From Dolosicoccus paucivorans (GTDB taxonomy: Bacteria; Bacillota; Bacilli; Lactobacillales; Aerococcaceae), in NCBI RefSeq assembly GCF_900100125.1, contig NZ_FNEL01000009.1, positions 6,753 through 30,752 of the forward strand: DNA of 24,000 bases, written 5' to 3'. Positions 1-8,291 of the stretch are shown piece after piece. The position numbers and the translations under genes were made by a program. The stretch's first letter is position 1, and every line of letters begins with the position of its first letter. The notes under the pieces were generated by a model, which ran no database searches, was not told where the DNA came from, and saw only the letters and a list, made by a program, of their open reading frames with translations.

Positions 1-51
1 AACGGTTTAACCTCCCACCCCCATAGAAAGGGGGAGAAGCTGCGTGCATGA

Positions 52-477
52 TTAGTCTTCGACAGTAATACCCATTGAACGAGCAGTACCTTCAACCATA
101 CGCATAGCAGCTTCTACATCGGCTGCGTTTAAATCTTGCATTTTAGTTTCAGCAATTTCTTGTACTTGTGCTCTTGTTACGCTTCCCACTTTGTTTGTGT
201 TTGGTTCACCAGATGCTTTTTCTAAGCCTGCTGCTTTTTTAAGTAAAATTGGAGCGGGTGGTGTTTTAGTGATGAAGCTGAATGAACGGTCTTCGTATAC
301 ATCAATAACAACAGGAATAATCATACCTGCTTGATCTTGTGTACGTGCGTTGAATTCCTTAGTAAACGCCATAATGTTTACTTGTGCTTGACCAAGTGCT
401 GGTCCAACGGGTGGAGCAGGACTTGCTTGTCCGGCAGGAATTTGTAATTTAACTTGAGTTACGACTTTTTTAGCCAC
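52..477 (-). CDS. rplK: 50S ribosomal protein L11
   Basis: 141-aa ORF with a GTG start at 477 and AAGGAGGA 7 nt upstream. [30 protein letters not shown]... is the canonical L11 N-terminus. It follows nusG as in the conserved secE-nusG-rplK-rplA cluster. An SD-like GGGAGG (16-11, minus strand) for the next gene, presumably rplA, lies at the window edge. Confidence 0.97.
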   Translation of the reverse strand: MAKKVVTQVKLQIPAGQASPAPPVGPALGQAQVNIMAFTKEFNARTQDQAGMIIPVVIDVYEDRSFSFITKTPPAPILLKKAAGLEKASGEPNTNKVGSVTRAQVQEIAETKMQDLNAADVEAAMRMVEGTARSMGITVED

Positions 478-576
478 GAAACATTCCTCCTTATAGAATC
501 TTTAATAGTTCGTGATGTGGTGACGGAGCAAATCGCGACTCCTCCCACATTCATATGTCCTTTAACATACTAACGT

Positions 577-604
577 ATTATACCACACCATTATCTAATT
601 ACAA
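577..604 (-). promoter_or_regulatory. candidate sigma-A promoter for rplK
   Basis: The minus strand reads TTGTAA (604-599), a 16-nt spacer, then TGgTATAAT (585-577), which is an extended -10. It lies between the nusG stop (612) and rplK and leaves a leader of about 95 nt. Confidence 0.5.
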
Positions 605-611
605 GCCTTTA

Positions 612-1151
612 TTATGCTTTTTTTACTTGAGTGTATTCTAGTTCGGTTACCGTCTCGCGACCAAACATTTCGATGACAACTTTTAATTTTTGTTGTTCGT
701 CATCTAATTCCTCAACGACGCCTTCCATTCCTTCAAAGGCTCCACCAATAATTAAAACGTGGTCACCGACGTTAACGTCTAATTCCACTTTTGGTTTTGG
801 AGCGTCTTTTTCGCCTAAAATAACGGCTACTTCATCGGGAAGTAATGGAGAAGGTTTGCTTCCTGCTCCGTGTGAGCCGATAAAACCAGTAACTCCTGGT
901 GTGTTTCGAACAATAAACCACGCTTCATCAGACATAATCATTTCTACAAGAACATATCCAGGGAAAGTTTTAACGGTGGTCACTTTTTCAACGCCGTCTT
1001 TAACTTCGACATGTTCTTCTTCTGGAACAATGACTCTAAAAATATTTTCTTCCATATTCATACTTTCACGGCGCAATTCTAAGTTTTCTTTTACTTTATT
1101 TTCATAGCCTGAATAAGTATGTAAAACGTACCACTCTTTATATTCTTCCAT
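612..1151 (-). CDS. nusG: transcription termination/antitermination factor NusG
   Basis: 179-aa ORF. It has an NGN domain (WYVLHTYSGYENKVKENL) and a C-terminal KOW motif (GDHVLIIGGAFEGMEGVV). AAAGGAGAAGACA precedes the ATG, and the gene sits in the conserved position after secE. Confidence 0.97.
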   Translation of the reverse strand: MEEYKEWYVLHTYSGYENKVKENLELRRESMNMEENIFRVIVPEEEHVEVKDGVEKVTTVKTFPGYVLVEMIMSDEAWFIVRNTPGVTGFIGSHGAGSKPSPLLPDEVAVILGEKDAPKPKVELDVNVGDHVLIIGGAFEGMEGVVEELDDEQQKLKVVIEMFGRETVTELEYTQVKKA

Positions 1152-1177
1152 TGTCTTCTCCTTTTGTTAAATCTTGT

Positions 1178-1209
1178 CAAAATAAAAAGCCCTACAAAGC
1201 TGTAAGGAC
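1178..1209 (-). terminator. intrinsic-terminator-like hairpin between secE and nusG (possible attenuator)
   Basis: The minus-strand RNA forms CCUUACA-GCUU-UGUAGGG (7 bp including one G.U, 1207-1190), followed by CUUUUUAUUUU. The stem is weak, so read-through into nusG is likely. Confidence 0.4.
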
Positions 1210-1246
1210 TTTCTCGTTAGTATTAGTATACCTTTTTTAAGTTAAA

Positions 1247-1432
1247 TTAACCAGTAAATGATAAGGTTAAAATCCATTTAACTAGGTTATCAAAACCAAA
1301 GTCAACGACGCCAAAATATAAACTAAAGAATATAACCGCAAAAATAACGATCCAAGTAAAGTGGTTAATTTCAGAAAACGTTGGCCACGTTACTTTTTTC
1401 ATTTCTTTTGCGACATCTCCGATATAACTCAT
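1247..1432 (-). CDS. secE: preprotein translocase subunit SecE
   Basis: 61-aa ORF with a single C-terminal TM helix (FTWIVIFAVIFFSLYFGVVDF) and the KEMKKVTWPT motif typical of short Firmicute SecE. It lies between rpmG and nusG. Confidence 0.93.
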   Translation of the reverse strand: MSYIGDVAKEMKKVTWPTFSEINHFTWIVIFAVIFFSLYFGVVDFGFDNLVKWILTLSFTG

Positions 1433-1467
1433 GCCATAATCCGTCCTTTAAACTATTAATCGTAAAA

Positions 1468-1623
1468 TTATTTTGTTTCTTTATGTAGAGTATGTTGATT
1501 ACAAAACTTACAAAACTTTCTTACTTCTAAGCGAGTCCCTTGTCCGGCTTTTGTTGGTGTAACCGGATAGTTGCGCTGTCCACATTGGGTACAAGCTAAT
1601 GCGGTTTTACGTTGTTTTGCCAT
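1468..1623 (-). CDS. rpmG: 50S ribosomal protein L33
   Basis: This gene is absent from the supplied ORF track because it is too short. Manual minus-strand translation from the ATG at 1623 gives MAKQRKTALACTQCGQRNYPVTPTKAGQGTRLEVRKFCKFCNQHTLHKETK (51 aa), with the TAA stop at 1470-1468. AAAGGAGGA lies 6 nt upstream. The CxxC...CxxC zinc ribbon is typical of L33, and the position before secE is conserved. Confidence 0.93.
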   Translation of the reverse strand: MAKQRKTALACTQCGQRNYPVTPTKAGQGTRLEVRKFCKFCNQHTLHKETK

Positions 1624-1660
1624 GGACAATCCTCCTTTATAAGTAAATGTACTACAGTTA

Positions 1661-1690
1661 ATAATAAAGTCACGATCCTCACTTTGTCAA
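1661..1690 (-). promoter_or_regulatory. candidate sigma-A promoter for rpmG-secE-nusG
   Basis: The minus strand reads TTGACA (1690-1685, overlapping the sigma-factor stop codon), an 18-nt spacer, then TATTAT (1666-1661). The rpmG start codon is about 40 nt downstream. Confidence 0.5.
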
Positions 1691-2310
1691 GGATTACTTT
1701 CTTCTTCATTTAATATCTGGATTAATTTTACTCGGCATCGATCAATCGCACCGCGAGCAGCAATTTTTGAAATACCTAAAGACTTCATCACTTCTTCTAC
1801 ACTTTCACCTAAAATTTGATGGTGATAGTGAACGGCTCGCTCTAATGTCGATAATCTAGAAAAATAATCGGTATGTAATTCTTGAATGACAATAATTTCT
1901 CCTGGGTGTAGAGATCTAAAAGCTGCTTGATCTTCACAGATAAAATTATATTCTTCCGCTTCGTGATAACTACCTAAGGATAATTCTTTTTGACCTAAGC
2001 CACGCTTTTTTGCGTGACGCCTTCGAACTAAATTCGACATTCGATTATGAAAGGTTCGAGCGACTAAAGGAGCAAAATAACGATTTGTACAAGGATCAAA
2101 AGATCGAGCGGCTTTCAATACCGCAATTCGACCTTCTTGGAGGTAATCATCATAAGTAAATCCATCCACAAACCACCGAGTCACTCCTTTTTTAAATAAA
2201 GGTTCAAATCGTTTGCATAACGCTTCGCAGTAAACTTCATTTTGGAGGTCTACTTGCGAGTACAATGCGAGCTCTTCATTGCTCATTTCTACAATAGACT
2301 TTGGTTTCAT
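1687..2310 (-). CDS. sigH: sigma-70 family RNA polymerase sigma factor, SigH/ComX-like by position
   Basis: The ORF is open from 2334 (GTG, no SD). I prefer the ATG at 2310 (MKPKSIVEMSNEE...), which has GGAG just upstream, but the start remains uncertain. A region-2-like segment (DDYLQEGRIAVLKAARSFD) and a region-4 HTH (LSTLERAVHYHHQILGESVEEVMKSLGISKIAARGAIDRCRVKL) are present. The gene occupies the sigH slot of the Bacillus order cysS-mrnC-rlmB-yacP-sigH-rpmG-secE-nusG. Confidence 0.85.
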   Translation of the reverse strand: MKPKSIVEMSNEELALYSQVDLQNEVYCEALCKRFEPLFKKGVTRWFVDGFTYDDYLQEGRIAVLKAARSFDPCTNRYFAPLVARTFHNRMSNLVRRRHAKKRGLGQKELSLGSYHEAEEYNFICEDQAAFRSLHPGEIIVIQELHTDYFSRLSTLERAVHYHHQILGESVEEVMKSLGISKIAARGAIDRCRVKLIQILNEEESNP

Positions 2311-2368
2311 CTTTCTCCGTTTACTCTCCTTCACATAAAATAAGAAGGAAAAAGGCTAGAATAATACT

Positions 2369-2911
2369 TCATTGATCCAAGTATTTACGCAATTGTTCGA
2401 GCCGTTCTAGCTCATCCATTCGCCACGGACTTAAGCGGCGTAGCATTTTATCGTAATAGCGACTGACGTCTTGGTTCATTTGTTGCTTTGCAAATTGGAT
2501 GTCCATCCACAATTCTTGTGCGGATTGCCTTAATGCACCTTTTTGAAAGATTAACCATTGCTCAGCTGCATCACTCGTAGCTACCACAACCCGTGTTAGA
2601 GGGTTCATATATTTGCTTACTTGGCTTTCAATATAAGCATCTGCCGTTTCACCTTCGTTAGTAAAGACGACTTCGAGCAATTCGTGTTCAAAAGATGTAC
2701 CTAAACCGGGAACAAAGTGCGCATCAAATACTACAATAATTGATGCACGACGATATTTTTTATAATTAGATAACTCAAATAATAAAAGATCTCTTGCTCC
2801 TTGAATATCATCTTGCTTTTTTAAAGCAACTAATTCAGGCCAAGACCCGATCATATTGTACCCATCAACAAAAAGATATTCTTTTCTTTTTTTCACTGAA
2901 AATCCACCCAT
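2369..2911 (-). CDS. rae1: NYN-domain ribonuclease YacP/Rae1 family
   Basis: ORF of about 180 aa. The YLFVDGYNMIGSWPEL N-terminus and the ETADAYIE and VVATSDAAEQ motifs are typical of YacP. The ATG at 2911 overlaps the rlmB TGA by 1 nt (TGATG). The gene order is conserved. Confidence 0.9.
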   Translation of the reverse strand: MGGFSVKKRKEYLFVDGYNMIGSWPELVALKKQDDIQGARDLLLFELSNYKKYRRASIIVVFDAHFVPGLGTSFEHELLEVVFTNEGETADAYIESQVSKYMNPLTRVVVATSDAAEQWLIFQKGALRQSAQELWMDIQFAKQQMNQDVSRYYDKMLRRLSPWRMDELERLEQLRKYLDQ

Positions 2912-3720
2912 CACTTCAGTCGATGACGCGCGACTTCGTACATTAAAACAGCCGCCGCCACACTAGCGTTTAAGCTTTCAATGTCTCCTGTCATCGGAAT
3001 AGCTACGGTTCCATCGCTTGTTTCTTCTACTAAAGGAGAGACACCTTCTCCTTCGTTGCCGATAACAATCGCAATCGAACCACTTGTGTTCCATGAACGC
3101 ATATCTTCGCCATGCATGGCAGAAGCAAACACCCAGACTCCTTGTTCTTTCAGCTGTTGAATCGTTTGAGAGATATTCGTCACCCGAACGACCGGTACGT
3201 GTTCAATTGCACCCGCTGAAGTTTTCGCAACCGTTCCGGTTAACCCTACCGCCCGGCGTTTAGGAATAATCACGCCGTGAACTCCTGTTGCATCAGCAGT
3301 TCTTAAAATAGAACCTAAGTTATGAGGGTCTTCAATGCCATCGAGTATTATAAAGAACGGGGCTTCATCTTTATCTTTAGCTAATTGGAAACAATCTTCT
3401 AGCGTTTTATATTCATAAGGAGGCAAGGTCACTGCAACTCCTTGATGATTAGCTCCTTGAGTCAGCTCATCTAATTTTGATTTAGGCACTTCTTGAATGA
3501 CGACGCCCTGTTCCTTTACTTTCTTTAGTATAGCTTGAATTTGGCCTCCGCCGATCCCTTTTTGTAAATAGAAGCGATTCACTTGTTTTTCCTCGTTGAA
3601 AAGGTTGAAAACTACATGGCGTCCAAAAAGGATCTCTTCTTGCTCTAATTTTCTAAAATTAGAGGGCTTTTTTTTCATTTTGTTTTCATTTTTCCTTGTG
3701 CGTTTGTTCACGACATTCAC
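2911..3720 (-). CDS. rlmB: 23S rRNA (guanosine-2'-O)-methyltransferase RlmB (SpoU/TrmH family)
   Basis: The ORF carries SpoU motifs (ILDGIEDPHNLGSILRTADATG, IVIGNEGEGVS, IPMTGDIESLNASVAAAVLMYE). The start is ambiguous between GTG 3720, GTG 3711 (best SD spacing to GGAGAGGAG) and ATG 3681. It overlaps the mrnC stop codon. Confidence 0.93.
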   Translation of the reverse strand: MNVVNKRTRKNENKMKKKPSNFRKLEQEEILFGRHVVFNLFNEEKQVNRFYLQKGIGGGQIQAILKKVKEQGVVIQEVPKSKLDELTQGANHQGVAVTLPPYEYKTLEDCFQLAKDKDEAPFFIILDGIEDPHNLGSILRTADATGVHGVIIPKRRAVGLTGTVAKTSAGAIEHVPVVRVTNISQTIQQLKEQGVWVFASAMHGEDMRSWNTSGSIAIVIGNEGEGVSPLVEETSDGTVAIPMTGDIESLNASVAAAVLMYEVARHRLK

Positions 3721-4124
3721 TCCTCTCCATTTTCAATGTAGTCTATTGCTTGGTTAATCAACTCTTCTAAGCGTTCGGTTTGATCGGTTAAATAAAGCCA
3801 TCCTAACAACGCTTCAAATCCCGTTGCTTGACGGTAATCTTGAATGGAGGCATTTTTTGCTTTTGTATTCGCTCGGTGATTGCGTCCTCTTTTATATAGG
3901 GTAAGTTCTTGCTCACTTAACGTATCTTTTTTTAGCCAATAAGTCATGATTTTTGCTTGTCCGCTAGCAGAGACAAATTTAGTCGCTTTGCGATGAAGTT
4001 GATTGACCCGAGTGACTCCGGTTGCTAAAACATGACGTCTAATATAGGTTTCATAGATCGCATCTCCCATATAAGCTAACGCTGAACCATTTAATAAAAA
4101 AGCTTGATCGACTGTTTTATTCAT
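3717..4124 (-). CDS. mrnC: mini-ribonuclease III
   Basis: The RNase III signature ALAYMGDAIYE is present. I prefer the ATG at 4124 (MNKTVDQAF...), which lies 1 nt after the cysS stop. The ORF-track start at 4163 would overlap cysS by 38 nt. The gene order matches Bacillus. Confidence 0.9.
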   Translation of the reverse strand: MNKTVDQAFLLNGSALAYMGDAIYETYIRRHVLATGVTRVNQLHRKATKFVSASGQAKIMTYWLKKDTLSEQELTLYKRGRNHRANTKAKNASIQDYRQATGFEALLGWLYLTDQTERLEELINQAIDYIENGEE

Positions 4125-4125
4125 C

Positions 4126-5538
4126 TTAAATTCGCTTCCACTCTGTACCGTGAGGTGTGTCATCTAATTGAATTCCCATCTCAAGAAGTTGTTGTCTAAT
4201 CTCATCGCCTCGAGCATAGTCTTTTTCTTGGCGAGCTAGGGTTCGCTCATTGATTAGAGCCTCAATCTCCTCGTCTAGCACTTCTTGGTCTTCAAGAATA
4301 ATACCAAAGACTTCTAATAATTGGGTTAGACGGTCTTTCATCGCTTTTAAGGTCTTAGAAGAAACATTATCATGTTCTAAATATTGATTAATGTAGCGTA
4401 CTAAATCAAAGACAACCGTCATTCCGTTAGCTGCGTTAAAGTCATCATCCATCGCTTCAGTGAACTGTTGAGTTAAGCGATCTAGCCCTTCAATCTGTTG
4501 CGGTTCATCAACTTCGCTAGCAGCTTTTAGACGAGTGGTTAGGCGGCGGTTGACTTCTTTTAAGCGCGCTAAATTAGTTGTGGCATTATTCACGGCTTCT
4601 TCGTCATATTTTAACGGTCGGCGATAATGGACAGTTGCTAGTAAATAACGAATGACCATAGGATCTAACTCATTGAGTAAGTCTCTTAGTAAAATAAAGT
4701 TCCCTAAAGACTTACTCATTTTTTCTTCGTCTTTTCCTAGAGTAACAAACCCATTATGCATCCAATAATTGGCAAACACTTCGTTAGTACATGCTTGAGA
4801 TTGAGCAATTTCATTTTCATGGTGCGGGAATTCTAAGTCTTGTCCGCCTCCGTGAATGTCTAGCGTATTTCCTAAATATTTAGTCGCCATCACAGAACAT
4901 TCAATGTGCCAACCGGGACGCCCTTTACTCCAAGGAGAGTCCCAACTAATTTCTGTAGGGTCGGTAACTTTTTTCCATAGAGTAAAATCTAAAGGATCTT
5001 CTTTGCGTTCAGTTACCGCTTCGTCGACGCGCTCGCTAGCTCCTGCACGCAAATGCTCTAAAGATTGCCCTGAAAGAGCGCCATATTCTTCGAATTTATT
5101 CGCTCTAAAATAAACGTCGCCTTGTGATTCATAGGCGTAACCTTTTTGAATTAACTGGTCGACGAAAGAGATAATATCTTCCATATTTTCTTGAACACGA
5201 GGATGTAATGTGGCTGGTTTAACGTTTAAAGCTCCTGTATCTTCTTTAAAGGCTTGCACATATTTATCCGCTAATTCTTTAGGTGTTAATCCTTCTTCTT
5301 TTGCTGCTTGAATAATCTTGTCGTCAACATCAGTAAAGTTACTCACATAATTTACATCGTAGCCTTTAAATTCTAAATAACGACGAATGGTATCAAAAGC
5401 AACAGTACTTCTCGCATTTCCAATGTGGATATAGTTATAGACGGTCGGACCGCAAACATACATACGCACTTTCTGCTCTTCAATTGGCGTAAACGTTTCT
5501 TTTTGTCGGCTTAAGGTATTATAAATTTTAATAGACAT
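4126..5538 (-). CDS. cysS: cysteine--tRNA ligase
   Basis: Class I aaRS motifs HIGN (YNYIHIGNARS) and KMSKS are present, together with the Zn-binding Cys residues CGPTVY and WHIEC. I prefer the ATG at 5538 (MSIKIYNTLSRQKE, about 470 aa). The track's 13-codon N-terminal extension runs into the promoter. Confidence 0.96.
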   Translation of the reverse strand: MSIKIYNTLSRQKETFTPIEEQKVRMYVCGPTVYNYIHIGNARSTVAFDTIRRYLEFKGYDVNYVSNFTDVDDKIIQAAKEEGLTPKELADKYVQAFKEDTGALNVKPATLHPRVQENMEDIISFVDQLIQKGYAYESQGDVYFRANKFEEYGALSGQSLEHLRAGASERVDEAVTERKEDPLDFTLWKKVTDPTEISWDSPWSKGRPGWHIECSVMATKYLGNTLDIHGGGQDLEFPHHENEIAQSQACTNEVFANYWMHNGFVTLGKDEEKMSKSLGNFILLRDLLNELDPMVIRYLLATVHYRRPLKYDEEAVNNATTNLARLKEVNRRLTTRLKAASEVDEPQQIEGLDRLTQQFTEAMDDDFNAANGMTVVFDLVRYINQYLEHDNVSSKTLKAMKDRLTQLLEVFGIILEDQEVLDEEIEALINERTLARQEKDYARGDEIRQQLLEMGIQLDDTPHGTEWKRI

Positions 5539-5568
5539 GTCCGGTTCCTTTCTTGCGTATTTTCTTTT

Positions 5569-5577
5569 ATTATACAT
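5569..5577 (-). promoter_or_regulatory. candidate extended -10 promoter for cysS
   Basis: The minus strand reads TGTATAAT (5576-5569) about 30 nt upstream of the cysS ATG and directly after the gltX terminator. No good -35 element was seen. Confidence 0.45.
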
Positions 5578-5605
5578 GATCCTTCAAGGGAGATTGATTG
5601 AACTT

Positions 5606-5640
5606 AATAAAATAAAAAGGCTAAGCAACGCTTAACCTTT
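5606..5640 (-). terminator. rho-independent terminator after gltX
   Basis: The minus-strand RNA forms AAAGGUUAAGC-GUU-GCUUAGCCUUU (one G.U pair), followed by UUAUUUUAUU. It begins 7 nt after the gltX stop. Confidence 0.7.
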
Positions 5641-5646
5641 ATTTAT

Positions 5647-7122
5647 TTATAATTGAGCTTTTACTTGTTCAATGTGATCTAATACACGTTCTTTACCGAA
5701 TAATTCGATCACAAGAGGTAATTCAGGTCCACGCATTTGTCCGCTAACCGCAATTCGAATTGGCATAAAGAGTTGACGTCCTTTAACGTCTGCTTCTTTT
5801 TGAAGTTCTTTAAAAATCACGCGAATATTATCAGCGACAAAATCCTCTTCACTTAAGGCGCTGAATTTTTCTTCGATGAGACGGACCACTTCGCGAGCTG
5901 AATCACTGTCTAATTCTTCTTTACACTTATCGTCTAAATGAATGGTATCTTCAAAGAACATTTTAGATAAAGGCACAATCTCTGCCCCATAAGACATTTC
6001 GTTATGGTATAAGCTGACTAGTTTCGTCACCCAATCCATCTCTTTTTCGCTTGGATTTTCGTTAACGTGGCCTGCTTCAATTAAATGAGGTAACGATAAA
6101 TCTACAATACGCTCTAATGGAGCCGCTTTAACGTACTCATTATTGATCCACTCTAATTTCTTCGCATCAAAAGATGCAGGAGAAGTTGATAGTCTCTTTT
6201 CTGTAAAGAGTTTGATGAGTTCTTCTTGATTAAAGATTTCTTCTTCCCCACCTGGTGACCAACCAAGTAGCGACATAAAGTTAAACATAGCTTCTGGTAA
6301 ATAACCTAAATTACGGTATTGTTCAATAAACTGTAAGATACCGCCATCGCGTTTACTTAATTTACGACCTTGTTGATTCACGATTAACGTCATATGACCA
6401 AAGGTTGGTGCTTGCCAACCAAAGGCTTCATAAATCATTAATTGGCGAGGCGTGTTTGCGATATGATCGTCGCCACGTAAAACGTGAGAAATCTTCATTA
6501 AATAGTCATCGACAACCACGGCAAAGTTGTAAGTAGGGTATCCGTCTTTCTTTTGAATAACCCAGTCGCCTGTTACGTTTTCAGCTTCAAAGTGCATTGG
6601 TCCTTTGACCATATCGTCCCATTCGTAAACTGCTCCTTCAGGTACACGGAAACGAATCGCTGGAACACGACCTTCTCTTTCAAAAGCTTCTTGTTCTTCT
6701 TTTGTTAAGTTAGCATGAGCACCGCTATATCTTGGTGCTTCACCGCGAGCTCGCTGTGCTTTTGCTTCTTCTTCCAGCTCTTCAGCTGTCTCATAAGCTT
6801 TATAAGCTTTTCCTTCTTTAAGCAATTGTTCAACAAGAGGTTGGTAAATATCTAAACGCTCTGATTGACGGTAAGGGCCTACTTCACCTGGTTTATCTGG
6901 AGATTCATCCCAATCGATGCCTAACCATTTTAAGTTATCTAATTGACTTTGTTCACCGTGAGCGATATTTCGTTTTAAATCCGTATCTTCAATACGAATA
7001 ATGAAATCACCATCATAATGGCGAGCAAATAAATAGTTAAATAGTGCGGTACGTGCGTTTCCAATATGCAACTCGCCTGTTGGACTTGGTGCATATCTTA
7101 CACGAATTTTATCATTTGACAT
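5647..7122 (-). CDS. gltX: glutamate--tRNA ligase
   Basis: 491-aa ORF with the class I motifs [22 protein letters not shown] (HIGH) and KLSKRDG (KMSKS). AAAGGAGAAGG precedes the ATG. Confidence 0.97.
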   Translation of the reverse strand: MSNDKIRVRYAPSPTGELHIGNARTALFNYLFARHYDGDFIIRIEDTDLKRNIAHGEQSQLDNLKWLGIDWDESPDKPGEVGPYRQSERLDIYQPLVEQLLKEGKAYKAYETAEELEEEAKAQRARGEAPRYSGAHANLTKEEQEAFEREGRVPAIRFRVPEGAVYEWDDMVKGPMHFEAENVTGDWVIQKKDGYPTYNFAVVVDDYLMKISHVLRGDDHIANTPRQLMIYEAFGWQAPTFGHMTLIVNQQGRKLSKRDGGILQFIEQYRNLGYLPEAMFNFMSLLGWSPGGEEEIFNQEELIKLFTEKRLSTSPASFDAKKLEWINNEYVKAAPLERIVDLSLPHLIEAGHVNENPSEKEMDWVTKLVSLYHNEMSYGAEIVPLSKMFFEDTIHLDDKCKEELDSDSAREVVRLIEEKFSALSEEDFVADNIRVIFKELQKEADVKGRQLFMPIRIAVSGQMRGPELPLVIELFGKERVLDHIEQVKAQL

Positions 7123-7159
7123 AAGTATACCTTCTCCTTTGTTATTTCAATCCTTATTC

Positions 7160-7187
7160 ATTATAACGCATTTTTAATTAATGTGAA
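7160..7187 (-). promoter_or_regulatory. candidate sigma-A promoter for gltX
   Basis: The minus strand reads TTCACA (7187-7182), a 16-nt spacer, then TATAAT (7165-7160). It is about 40 nt upstream of the gltX ATG. Confidence 0.5.
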
Positions 7188-7193
7188 TGACAC

Positions 7194-8291
7194 TTACCCA
7201 ATCATTTTAGCAAAAATCATTCGACCGGCAGCTGTTTGAAGAGCACTCGTAACTTCCACGTCCACCCATTCATTTAAGTGCAATTGACCGTCTTCTACTA
7301 CAATCATGGTTCCATCTTCTAAATAAGCAACCCCTTGTTTACGCTCCGTTCCTGGTTTAATGACTAAAACGCGTAATTGTTCTCCGGGAATTAAAGCGGG
7401 TTTAACCGCATTGGCTAGCTCATTAATATTTAAAATAGGCACTTGTTGAAATTCAGCCACTTTATTTAAATTAAAATCATTGGTCAAAAGAGTTCCGTTT
7501 AAATGTTTGGCTAAATGAAGAAGTTTTGTATCGACTTGAGGAACATGTTCGAAATCTTTGTCATAAAACTCAACCGGAATCGGGCTGTCTTTTTGTAATT
7601 TATTTAAAATATCCAATCCACGACGTCCTTTAGCGCGAATAATCGCATCAGATGAGTCAGCGATATGTTGCAGTTCAAGTAAAACAAAGTTAGGCACTAA
7701 AATCGTTCCTTCGATAAAACCTGTTTGAATCACATCGGCGATACGTCCGTCGATAATAACACTTGTATCTAAGATTTTATAAGAAGGGTCTTTTTCGACA
7801 CTTTCACTAATTGATGGCTCGTTACGATTAAAAGATAGTACATCTTTTAAATCGGCTGTTCTATCAATCCATTGATTCCATTCTTCCTTACGGTTCATCG
7901 CTGTTTGATAACCGACAAAACCTAGTACAAGTGAAGACGTTAAATTAATGACCGCTTTTAAATAAGGGAATAGTCCAGCAAAGGGTAAAGCCACTAAATA
8001 GCCTACTAAAAGCCCGATTAAAAGTCCGAGAGAACCTAAAAATAAATTAGCAGTACTTTGACGATTGAGCGTATCTTGAAGCCAACTCGTCGCTTTATAA
8101 ATCATTGGATAAACTAAAAAGCCAATCAGCATAAAAATAACGGAAAAAATAATAGCATTGATAATGAGGCCTTTCATAAATGGAAAGTTTAGTGGCGTAT
8201 ATTGCCACAAAGCAGGCGCAAGACTTAAACCAAAGCTCAAACCTGCTAGAGTAAATAAACCAATGACAATCTTTTTAAACATTTCTTTCAC
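7194..8291 (-). CDS. yacL: PIN/TRAM domain membrane protein YacL family
   Basis: 365-aa ORF. The N-terminal part is a roughly 130-aa polytopic hydrophobic region. A PIN-like core (ILDTSVIIDGRI...LLTNDFNLNKVA) and a C-terminal TRAM-like beta domain follow. It sits immediately downstream of radA. Confidence 0.88.
   Translation of the reverse strand: MKEMFKKIVIGLFTLAGLSFGLSLAPALWQYTPLNFPFMKGLIINAIIFSVIFMLIGFLVYPMIYKATSWLQDTLNRQSTANLFLGSLGLLIGLLVGYLVALPFAGLFPYLKAVINLTSSLVLGFVGYQTAMNRKEEWNQWIDRTADLKDVLSFNRNEPSISESVEKDPSYKILDTSVIIDGRIADVIQTGFIEGTILVPNFVLLELQHIADSSDAIIRAKGRRGLDILNKLQKDSPIPVEFYDKDFEHVPQVDTKLLHLAKHLNGTLLTNDFNLNKVAEFQQVPILNINELANAVKPALIPGEQLRVLVIKPGTERKQGVAYLEDGTMIVVEDGQLHLNEWVDVEVTSALQTAAGRMIFAKMIG

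Noticed and set aside
631-1107. The ORF track lists a 158-aa plus-strand ORF antisense to nusG. Similar antisense ORFs lie at 4856-5113, 9497-9685, 10188-10496, 16551-16772, 19098-19307, 20148-20354, 22937-23242 and 23458-23646 (plus strand), and at 13933-14118 (minus strand, alternative frame).
   Set aside because: Each lies wholly or largely inside a strongly supported conserved gene on the other strand or frame. Their translations are low-complexity (S/T/F/L-rich), they have no SD, and they resemble no family I recognise. They are typical shadow ORFs.
1168-1173. I considered the TTGACA hexamer in the secE-nusG spacer as a nusG promoter.
   Set aside because: Only 23 nt separate it from the nusG ATG, which leaves no room for a spacer, a -10 element and a leader containing an SD.
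2151-2170. A DnaA-box-like sequence, CCATCCACA, lies inside the sigma-factor gene.
   Set aside because: It matches only 7 of 9 positions of TTATCCACA, it is a single copy, and it is intragenic. I saw no cluster of boxes or AT-rich unwinding element in the window.
5539-5577. The ORF track gives N-terminal extensions for cysS (MYNKRKYARKEPD) and likewise for mrnC (4125-4163).
   Set aside because: The cysS extension overlaps the TGTATAAT -10 element and has no SD. MSIKIYNTL is the conserved CysRS N-terminus. The mrnC extension would overlap cysS by 38 nt, whereas the ATG at 4124 lies 1 nt after the cysS stop.
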